Origin: Squalus acanthias
Taxonomy: Eukaryota
Length of the DNA stretch: 64,000 nucleotides
Direction of reading: 5' to 3'
Assembly (NCBI GenBank): GCA_030390025.1
Contig: CM059438.1
Location: forward strand, 65,660,001-65,724,000
The notes beneath the pieces are model-generated. The model searched no databases. It was not told the DNA's origin and was given only the letters and a program-made list of their open reading frames with translations. This document shows, piece by piece, positions 26,699 to 36,744 of this stretch. A program made the translations under genes and the position numbers. The stretch's first letter is position 1; the number at the start of each line of letters is the position of its first letter.

Positions 26699-28573
26699 GG
26701 AATGCTAGCAGGAAAGTTTGTATTAAAGACTCCATTTTGTAACAGACAGCTGTCCCAGAATCTGCATTCTGGAAAATATCTAAAAATCGGCCCGAATCTC
26801 CTTTGCGAGGTTGGTACCATTGTTGTCATAAAGATAGTTGTTTTGTTATTTGCGTAGTTCTAACCTTCTGCTGGATCGATTTACCTGTTTGACGACAATA
26901 TGTTTATCTTTTCTGTACCTGTAAGGAGCCAGACAGACAGCTTTTGTTGCGTTACGTTTTGTGATGAATGTTTTATGTTGCTTCAGTAATACAGTCAAAC
27001 AAATTTCTGGAAAAAGCACCCAGTTAATTATTGGGATGAAGCTAGTTCTGATCTATTTGTGAAGTAACCCCAGTAAAGTTTCTGATTCGCTTGTTGGTTG
27101 TCTCTTGTGATGTGCAGTATGCAGTTCTGCTGTTAGATTACCTCTTAAAAGCAAGTGAGCAATAGCAAATCTTCAGTCCCAGGATGCGAGTAATCTACTT
27201 GTATGAGCACAGATGACTTAGTTGGATTTCTAAAATCAATCTTTGTTCACAACGTGGTTTAATTTTCGTCATATATTATTTCTTTTGTACTGTTCACAAC
27301 TCCTCTTGTTTCTGTTTTCTCTTTCAGTAACTACAGGATTTGTTCTGTTGTACAATGTAAATGTTGGCATCACCGCCACACGCTGTGAAAGCAATCAAGA
27401 GGCCAGGCTATTTTCGAATTGCTTTTGTGTTTTTGACATGACTCTTTTACAGTCTTTAATTTTTCTCTCAAGATAACTACCATGTCTCAAAACTGAGAGC
27501 TAAATTGGTCCCGAATTACTCACTGGAACAGCCCAAGTCTATTTTATTCACTGCTCCCCTGCCATGCCTTCTGTTCCAGCCAAGAGGGAGTGAGCAGTTC
27601 ACGAACTTCTGGTGCCCAGCTGGAGGTCGGTGCATTAGGTTAATGCAACGAGATGTGTTAACAAGCACCACTGTAAATATTGGTCCACGTCAAACCAGTA
27701 CAATGCATCGAGAGTAAGATGTAAAACTGCAGAGATGTGAAGTGAGCATTTTAATTGTAAGAGTTTTGGTGGAAAAACCACCATTTCACAGTAATAATGG
27801 ACATTTTACATGGTACTTGCAAACAACAAGAAATACAGCTGCACAATGCTTCCATTGGCCCAAACCCAATGAACCCAGCCAAAACAAACTGCTTAAAATA
27901 GGCCCACACCTTCAATTTTAAGGCGCTTGAATAAAATCCTTAGATTACATTACCATTGGAGGTGTTAGCGCTGGCTGTTAAGGCCCCTTTTGATAAAAAA
28001 ATGAAGGCAGCCGTCTCACTTTCGTCAGCTTCCGGCGGGTCCCATAGCGTCTGCCAATTTTGGCAGGTCAGTAGCACCGCCGTTGCCTGCGCTGGCAAAA
28101 AGTCTTTTAATTAGCAGGAGCGTGACATTAAGCGGCATGCAATGCCGACTTGACACCTTCTCATCCATTTTGGAGCTCGCCGCTCCTCTTACTGCCCTCT
28201 CCAAGGCTTGCCTGTGCGTGCAACCACTGACAGCGCTTGACCATCATACACATGCTATACCTGCTCTCAGGTACACATGGCTGTGGGTGTTTAATTTGAT
28301 GGAAAGGATCTAGTTCTGAGGACGAAGTCTACTAGAGGAACCTCTGGTTATAATGGTAAACATGAAGGGATAATTACTAGCCCTAGCCCCTTTAGGGCTA
28401 CCCCGGATCAGGTGTATTCCTCAGACATTCACTTTCAACTAAAGTTTGAGGTAGCCGAATCCTAAAGACGCTTAATTGGGTCTAAAGGTCCGGACTATCT
28501 CTCCCTAAAGGAAAGGAACAACCTGAAAATGTTACCGTCCTCTAGATAGCACTTTTAATAAATTTAGCTAGAC

Positions 28574-29549
28574 TGTAACGTTCCGGAGATTATGAGGGTC
28601 CGGAAAACTCCCCCAGAATTCTGCAACTCCTCACCAAAGAGTGTACAGGGATTGAGTTTGCGAGTTTGATACAGAAGTCTTATGTGAGACAATTCTAAAA
28701 ATATATAGATTTATTAAAGAACCGACATGTAATTTACATTTGGTGAGTCAATCGCAACATTAACAGTTCCAAAAAGAGAAAGCTTTACAATCTTATTATC
28801 AGAGATCCTTACTCTCAAATCTTATCTTCGCTACAGTTTTACAGTTCTTAAAGTTTATTCAGGATATCCACCAAAATCAAATACAGTACCTTTGATCCCC
28901 GAGGTACAAAGAGTTGTAGATTTACAGAGCTGCCTCTGAAGCCGAGAATCGCTTTGCCCCTTTACAGCGAGTCTACTATCCCATTTGAGAGTTCAATATT
29001 TATACCCTTTTCCAGTGGCATTTCCTTTAAGGTTTTCTGCAGATGTAAGCTAATTATCTCTAGTCATTTTTCTGCTGACTCCTGCAATTCTTACAGTCAC
29101 CTCAGCTGGTAGCATTACAGAATTGTGTCTCATCTCTAGGTGTTCTAAGTTTACCATAAAAAACGGTGTAACAGCAGGTGCGTTTTTTACTTGATGTCAT
29201 TTTTACGAAGGCAGATGTTTGTGCTTCTTTACGAAGTATAAATTAGAACACCTTAACCAGGGTGAACTATTGTCTTGTTCCCAAAGGTCAGTCTGTCAGG
29301 AGCCTTTAACCTTCTGTTTCAATAAGGTTATTGATTCAGTGTCAACAACTATCTTATCCCTATAGCCAGAATGCTATCACAGCTTTTTCAGTTAGGTTTC
29401 TAGATTTCCAGACCCAGTTTGTCATGTTTTAACAAGGCCAGAATTCTTTCATAGAATGGTGTATTTTTCTGAATAGGTTATATGGCTTATTCCTTCACAA
29501 AAACAGACGATTGCAGGTGGGGGAGACGAGAGCAGACTTATCCATAACA
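28574..29549 (-). mobile_element. Solo-LTR-like element (~976 bp) unrelated to the provirus LTR
   Basis: TGTAAC...ATAACA termini. Minus-strand TATAAA at ~29000 and AATAAA at ~28855 and ~28712. No clear TSD, PBS or PPT. Confidence 0.55.
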
Positions 29550-30270
29550 GTTTGTGAATGAAACCAAAATGGTCATCGTTATATGAAGCAAATGGCCAAA
29601 GCCGACAGGTCATTATAAATTATCATCGCCACCGATTAATTCATCACCTACGACGGAGATCGATCAAAACCACAGACTCTCCCGGCGCAGTCAACAGACT
29701 CCCCACAGATGAATAAACAAGTTGCTGAACCCTTTTTCGCTCTGTAGAAATTTTGCAATCCGGAGCCTGAGCTGAATTAAAAGATAACACACTTCAATAG
29801 GTAGGTTCCAGAGCTTTGTTTCTGTCACTTTGATGCGCTTTAAATGACAGGAGCTTTCTCCACCAGAGCTGAATGCAATATTGTAACACTGACGGATTGG
29901 TGAGCAGGTGGCAGGCAAATTGCTGCAATAAATGTGGCAACTGCTCTGCAGATGGGCTGCAGGTTCGCTCGTCTGTTCCTCGCTCTCCTTAAAACGCGAC
30001 CTTCGGCCTCCTGCTGAGCTTAGCACCGGAAAGATTGCGTTGCACCAGAGATTCTCCGCTCCGCTCCTGTACATGAGCAGGCAGCACCAAAACACCAGTG
30101 TTGCCTGCGCTCTTTCTGCGGGTGGCCATAAGCTTTTACCGGCAGGTTTCCGTCCCACTCGTTTCTAGGCCTTTATTTGGTGCAAATTATCAGTATTTTG
30201 AAATCTGCAGCGATCTTTAACATTGCATTGTTTTCATGTTAAAAAGGATGGGGCTTCTCTTCGATCTTAC

Positions 30271-30364
30271 CAAAAACTATTCCCTAGTTTCCATTTGGAG
30301 GAATTAATTATTTTTCTTTCCATTTTAAACCTTCTGTTTCTCAGTAGCAGCAGGCGACCTATTA
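30271..30364 (-). CDS. Candidate host exon (94 nt)
   Basis: Strong acceptor atttttttctctcag and donor TTG|GTAAGA. Open in phase 1 (IGRLLLLRNRRFKMERKIINSSKWKLGNSF). May be non-coding. Confidence 0.35.
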
Positions 30365-30848
30365 CTGAGAGAAAAAAATATCGAACAATATTGTCTGACA
30401 TCAAATAAGGAATTCAAACTCTGTCTTATTGACTATAAGATCATTCCAGTCAGAGCTATAGGCACAAAATTCCGCCCCTCCCCCAACATTTTTGTGCATT
30501 TCTAGATGCGTCCAGGGATATACGCCCCTGGAAAATATAAAATTTTTATGTTACAAATGGTGCGTTCAGATTATCTTTAAACTCTTTTATGTTTCACAGT
30601 TGATTGATTTTTAATCTTCAAAAAAAAAAGACATTTGGGTTTTCAACAAACCAGCCAGCCTCAGCTACCCAAAAGACTAGGCTAAGTTTCCCTTCCCTCA
30701 GAGCACTTCTCTTGGCAACCTGCTTCCCCGCAACTCGCCCCCAACCCAAAGTGATTCCCCCGCCCCGCTCTCCACCTCCAAGTGCTGCCACACCCCCTTC
30801 CGTCAGTTGCCACACAGGAGCTCTTACCTACTGGCGCTCTTGCTGTGA

Positions 30849-32540
30849 TTAATGACATTGTACATGGTCAGTAGGAATCTCCCAAGAATTCCTGCCGCAG
30901 TGCACCCTGTCCTGTCCTGTGGCTTCCTTAAAGCCTGAGGCTGCAGGCTGGGGATCCCTAACCTTTAAACGCTCCCTGACCTTGGGCGCTCCTTTTTGGG
31001 TTGCAGCCTCTTTTGGGCTGACCCATTGATGTACCGGTGACCAGGGCAGTTTAGGCTGTGGTGTGCGAGGAGACCTTCTCAGGACTCTGGCCACTGGGGG
31101 TGTGCCTGTGTCCCACATAATCGGTGGAGTGTACCCTCCTGTGATACAAGCCACTGTCCCTGCCGCTGCAGCCTGTGCGTCTGCCACAGCTGCTGGCTGG
31201 GGATTTGTAACTTTGGGGTGGTCCACCTTTGCTGACGGTTCCCTTTTCTCGGGTTTAAACAGCTTGCATTGGTTGATGTGAAACCACTTTGTACGGCGGG
31301 GCATCTTTATGGCATAGACCATGGGGCTTGCCTTGTCCACAATGTGGTAGGGCCCCATGTACAGTGGTTCGAAACTCCCTACCCGGGCAAAATTTCTAAC
31401 CATGACCTGATCCCCTATCTCCCACTCATGGTGCTTGCGGGGTTGGAGCAGCAATCGGTTACTCCGATGCTGTTTACCCATGTTACTCGCAGCCTGCCAG
31501 TGGACCTGTTTAAGGTGGTCCAACAGATTCCTGACGAATCTGTCCCGGTTCACCTCTCTGAGCTGCCCTTCCGTGAGCACCGGGGCGAGCACATGGGTGG
31601 GGGTCCGCATAACCGTGCCAGTCATGAGCTCGTGTGGGGAATACCCCGTGCTTTTTGACTGGCTGGCTCGGATCCCCATTAGGACCAACGGTAAGAGTTC
31701 TACCCACCTTTTGGATGAGTCTCCCGTTTTCTTCCTTAGCCTTTCCTTAATGGTACGGTTTAAACGCTCCACAGGACCCGATGACTGCGGGTTGTTGGCG
31801 ACGTGCCATTTCCCCTCTATGCCGAGCACCCTGAGGGTCTCTTGCATAACCTGCCCAGTAAAATGACTCCCCTGGTCGGACTCCACATACTGTGGTAGTC
31901 TCCACCATGAGAACACTTCCCTGACTAGGATCCTGGCCGTACCCAATGCAGTAGCCGTACGGCATGGGAATGCTTCTACCCACTTTGAGAACACATCCAC
32001 CAGGACTAGGCAGTACTTAAAGCCTCCCTGGGCGGTGGGTAGGGGCCCGATGTAGTCGACCTGGATCGACTGCCATGGTCCCTCTACCCTCCTGATGAGT
32101 CCCATGGACACCTTCCTTTTCTGGGGGTCTGGGTTGTTAGCAGCACACACTAGGCAGCCTGCACAGAACTCGCGGACATCTTCCCTGAGTCCTGGCCACC
32201 ATCCTGTCTGTTCCACCCGTTGCCAGGTGGTCTCAGGTCCGGGATGCCCTGCTCCTGGACCCTCATGGGCCAGTTGGAGGAATTCCCTTCAGTGCTGCTG
32301 CGGCACTACCCATTGCTCCCTTCTGAACAGCATGCCTTCCTTTACAGTGATGGCTGCTGTGCCGTACGGGCCCTCTACTTTCTCCCCTTTTTCAAGCCTG
32401 TTCAGGACAGTCTTGAGGACTGTGTCCTGGGCTTGGGCCTGTTTTAAGTCCGGGGCCAAAGCTACACCCTGTGTGCTTCCCCTGGCCCGGACTGCTGCTA
32501 CTGGACCCGCTTGGTACGGGTCCCAGAATACCCCTTCTCT
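30849..32540 (-). pseudogene. int: Integrase (HHCC, DDE, GPY/F) with long low-complexity C-terminal tail
   Basis: AHEGPGAGHPG...CAGCLVC; QVDYIGPL; ESDQGSHF; NPQSSGPVERLNRTIK; YMGPYHI. ORF 30849..32216, with one upstream in-frame stop. Confidence 0.92.
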
Positions 32541-34559
32541 GGCTCCCTGTTTGGCCAGCTCGTCTGCCTTGTGGTTATTTTCCCACTTGGGCTCTTTCTT
32601 AGAGTGGGCCTTTACCTTATGGATAAGACCTTCCCTTCCTCCCCCACTGCTGCCATGATTCTCTCCAACAGGGGCTTTATGGTGAGGGGTCTCCCATCAG
32701 CAGAGGTGTATCCGCGACGGGACAAGATGGCCAGGTACTCTGTACACGAATTGCATGCGAACATGCTGTCCGAGCAAATCGCGTATGGGGTAGGGAACTT
32801 CTCGGGGTGTGTAACCACATACACCACCGCAGACAGTTCAGCCTGCTGGGCACTCATGGTGCTGGGGAGTTTAATGACCAAGGCAATGTCTGCCTCTGGG
32901 TCATAAACTCCACACCCTGTGAGTCATTCTCCAGCAGATACAGTGCTCGAACCGTCCACATAGATTTCGCGGCCTGTGGGGTGTATCCCGGCCCAAAAAC
33001 CTATGTTAACTTCCCATACCCCTTCAATGGAACACCGGTGGGCATTCCCTGGGTAAATTAGGTTGGCTGCGAGCCTCGGCTTGCAGAGCCCTTTTACCCT
33101 TAGGTCCATCTGGGAGAGAAGTAGGGTCCAGCGGGCAATGCGGGCACTGCTCACTGTCCCATCTTTGATTCTCCCATCTAGGAGCATCTGGGTGGGTGTG
33201 TGATGGGTGAGCAGGGTGATGGGAGATGTGCCTGTGAAGATCAATGATCTTTTCACAGCCCAGTGAGTGGCGAGGAGGTGCCTCTCACAGTTGGAGTAGC
33301 CCTCCTCCACATCAGTGAGTATCCTGGAGGAGTAGAACACTGGTCTCAGCCTGTCGTGCCTCTCTTGGAGCAGCACAGCACTTAGACTGTCCCCGCTGGC
33401 TGCCACCTCCAGGAAAAACTCTCTCTCCCCATCAATTGCCCCTAGAGCTGGTGCGGTCTGCAGATCCTTTTTGAGCCTCACAAATGCTTCCTCGCAACCC
33501 TCATCCCAAGCCCACTCTACAACCTTGTGTAGGAGTCGGAGCAGAGGGGCTGCTGTGGCTGCATAATCCTCAATAAAATCTCTGCAGTACCCAGTCAGTC
33601 CTAGAAAGGATCTGACCCCTGTGACTGTGTTGGGGGCTGGTAACTCCTGCACTGCTTCCCTTCTGGCTCTGTCAATGGCCCTTTCCCCTGCGTGCACAGT
33701 TAACCCTAGGAATTTTACTTCCTGTTGGCCGATCTGTACCTTTTTAGGGTTTACCTTGAAGCCTTCTTGCCGGAGCAGCTCCAGCAGTTCGGCCAGCAGT
33801 GGACCGTGTTCCTCTCCTTCATCAGTGAACAGGAGTAGGTCATCCACATACTGTACCAACTGCTGGGGCCGGCTGAAGCCCTTCAAACAATTAGCCATGC
33901 ATTGGTGAAAAGTGCTGGGGCTATTGTGGAAACCCTGGGGTAGGCAATTCCAGGTGTACTGTTGGCCTTTAAACGTGAAGGCGAACTTGTACTGGTCCTC
34001 CCTTCTTAAAGGGATGGACCAAAACCCATTGGAAATGCCCAGCACTGTGAAGGTGGTTGCAGATGCTGGGATACTTCCAATGAGGTCAGCAACGGCTGCC
34101 ACCGTGGGTGCACAGGCGGGGATGTTACGGTTGAGTACCCGATAGTCCACTGTGGCCCTCCAGGAGTTGTCCGGTTTTCTAACCGGCCACAGTGGGGAGT
34201 TTACATGGGTGGCTATCGGTCTCAGCACCCCCTGCTTTACTAAGGAAGCCATGGCTGCTTCCATGTCTGCTGCCGCCTCTCTGGGGAAGTTATACTGCTT
34301 CTGTGGTCGGGTCATGGGGTCACCACTGACACTAACCTCGACCCCGTTGACCCTCCCACAGTCATGCTTGTGAGTGGCAAATGCTGCGAGGTGTGCTCGC
34401 ACAAATGCCTGGTACTCCACTGGAGTGTTACTGACCATTTGCTCGAGGTCGTAACCTTCCTTTGGTTTTAGGGTACACAAGGTCCCCTTGCCCTGTTTCC
34501 CTGGGATGACTGCCACTTCACTCTCTCTACCCACACATGCTCCCCACAGACAGTGGTCC
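32541..34559 (-). pseudogene. pol: pol: reverse transcriptase, degenerate RNase H tether, and second RNase H
   Basis: RPQKQY...KQGVL...NSPLWPVRKPD.SWR.TVDYR.LN; LPQGFHNSP; YVDD (33839-33850). Tether: LEVAAS/ERHLLA/THH. RNase H: YVDGS, SAQQAEL, SDS, KVKAH, N..ADELAK. One stop (32924) and one frameshift (~32620). Confidence 0.92.
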
Positions 34560-34917
34560 CTCAGATCCACTAAAATCCTGTGGCCTGTGATAAAGTCGGC
34601 CCCCAGGATCCCCGTCCCCTCTTTCTCCCATTTCATCAGGACACAGGTCCACTTGGTGTGGAGAGTCCCTAAACGAATGGACAGCGGGGATGGAGAATGA
34701 GCCAGCCTGCTTGTTACCTGTGAATCCCACTAAACTGTACGGGACCCCCGTTAGACAGAGGTGAGGCTGTGGGATTCTCTGAATAGACTATGGTGCTGGA
34801 AGCTCCAGTATCTAGCAGATAAGTCCCTTTCACCTTTTCCACCTCCATCCTAACAAGTGGCCTCTTCCAAGCGTCGTACTCCAGGGGACACAGGTAGACA
34901 GGCTGCGCTGGCTCTAG
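34560..34917 (-). pseudogene. pro: Retropepsin aspartic protease, in frame with gag after the UGA
   Basis: YLLDTGASSTI (DTG at 34812-34804) in the gag frame. After frameshifts: LVGFTG and GILGADF. Confidence 0.85.
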
Positions 34918-36670
34918 TCATAAGTCTGTGTTTGGTGGGGCAGATGGGGTCACTCTCCCAGTGGCTGTGGCTACCTTTCCTGGGCCAGTTAACAAGGCTC
35001 GAATCGCTTCTACGACCGAGTCTAACGTGTGGGGAGAGGTTGGGGTTTCTACTTTTGGGGCAGGGGCTGGGGAAATCTTCCCTAGGTTATCCTTCCATGG
35101 ATTCCTACAGTCCTTCCTCCAATGCCCACTCTTCCCGCACCCGAAACAGTTGCGCTTCGTGTCGGAAGGGTTACCCCCTTCCTGGTGCCACTGTTTCTTA
35201 CTCTGGCTGGGTTTTATCTCATGCACCTTCCCCTTGGGAGGATGCTCTTCTGCCCCCCTACCGTTTCGGTAAGCTAGGGTCAGTTGTCTGACCACTGTCT
35301 CTTCAGTACCCCGGGGGTCCCTTGGGTCAAACCACAGCTCGGCCTTGGCTCTGATCCATGGCAAGCTGTTTGCCACCAGACTTCGGAGCCAGTGGGCCAG
35401 CTCATCCTGAGTCAGGTGAGCCCTGTCGAGAGCCCCATTACAGGCACTCCTGCACATAGGCCACAGTCGGTCTGCGAAAGCCTGTGGGGTCTCCCCTATT
35501 AGGTGTGTAGTCTTCTCCACCCTGGAGAAAGGATGACCATCATTCATGCCCATGGCCTCCGGAACTCCCTCTCTGAAAGCAGCATATCCACCCTGCCCTC
35601 TTTTACTCTCTGCAGAGAGGGACTGGTAGATTTTGCTGTCCAGTGAGAACAGGAGCATTTTGGCCATCTTGGCATCATCACAGTCATTGATGCCTGCTGC
35701 CTGTTCCACTTCCATGAAGTGGACTGAGGGGTCCCCTTTTTGGGTGAGTTTGCCCAGGTGGCTTATCATAGCCCTAAGCTGTTGGGTACCGTGGGGAGCC
35801 ATGAATTGGCTTTCGAGGGGTCCTTGACCCCCACCACCGCCGGATGGGCCAAACTTTTGCTGCCGGACCGGGCACATCGGCCCCGGCTCCGACCTTTCCT
35901 GCATTGGCTCGCCCACCTCTGCCTGCTGCCAAACCAAGTCAAAACCCGGCACCATCGGTGGTGGCGTGCACTCCCTGCCAGCCCCACAAAGCGCCCGTCC
36001 TTCCTGCTGCCCAACCGGGTCGTTCCCCGGCGCCACAGGTGGCGTTCGAACAGTTTCCTCCTGCTCTTCAAGGTCCACTCGGGCCGTACCCGGGCTTAGC
36101 AGGCATACCATGCCTTTGGCTCTGGACAGAGCAAGGTTCAAACTTTCTATTTGTTTCTGGCAGGGGCCATGCTCTCCCGCTTCATACCCCCTCGTGCTTG
36201 CTACCTTGTAAGCTGCCTGGACATCTCTTAAACTCTCTTCTAGTTCCTTTACTTGCCTAGCAAGGCAGGTGTTTTCTTCCCTCAACACTAGTTCACTGCT
36301 TTTTGCTTCGGTGACCTGACACTGAAAATACTCTTGACTGTTTCTGTGTTTTTCTACTAACTGCCTCCATTCCTGATCTCGGGCTGTTAGTTCACTGAGT
36401 AATGTTTTTCCTGCTAGGGCCCTCGCTTGAGACAGCTGAGCAGACTCCTGCAGTTCTGCTTTGAGTGTCTCTACACGTTTGTCCAATAGTTATATCTGTT
36501 TCTGGGAACAGATCAACCAGATGGCCTTTTCCACAGATTTCCTGTGGTCTTTGCTCTCAGTCCACTTAGCTGCAGCATCTATTGGACATTCAGCACGTAG
36601 CATGACTGAGTACCCACTTCTTAGTTATGTTCACCTTTTCGAACACATAGGAGGAAATCCTTTCCTCCAT
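34918..36670 (-). pseudogene. gag: gag (N-terminal coiled coil, capsid-like region, CCHC zinc knuckle, C-terminal PSAP)
   Basis: ATG at 36670 (MEERISS...), with a frameshift and stop near the 5' end. 522-aa ORF 34918..36486 contains CFGCGKSGHWRKDC (35107-35148) and PSAP (34936-34947). Confidence 0.85.
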
Positions 36671-36723
36671 CTTGGTTCTCTCCTCAAAAACAGTGTCCAC
36701 TGCATCACATCCCTTTTGCCAAG

Positions 36724-36741
36724 GTCCTGCCACGGTCACCA
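36724..36741 (-). promoter_or_regulatory. Primer binding site, tRNA-Arg(UCG)-type
   Basis: Minus strand TGGTGACCGTGGCAGGAC right after the LTR ...CA. Plus strand gtcctgccacggtcacca matches the vertebrate tRNA-Arg(UCG) 3' end GTCCTGCC(A/G)CGGTCGCCA as I recall it, apart from one CpG-type transition. Confidence 0.8.
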
Positions 36742-36744
36742 TTA

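Noticed and set aside
28574..29549. Candidate 3' LTR of the provirus
   Set aside because: No visible similarity to 36745-37962 and no PPT. It is separated from pol by other sequence.
30465..30490. Purine run (gggggaggggcggaa, minus strand) as the provirus PPT
   Set aside because: Not followed by the LTR start TGTAAAGGG. The surrounding sequence looks like an unrelated DNA-transposon fragment.
32541..34636. Host NYNRIN-like gene
   Set aside because: Embedded in an LTR-PBS-gag-pro-pol structure with inactivating mutations (including RT LD>LG).
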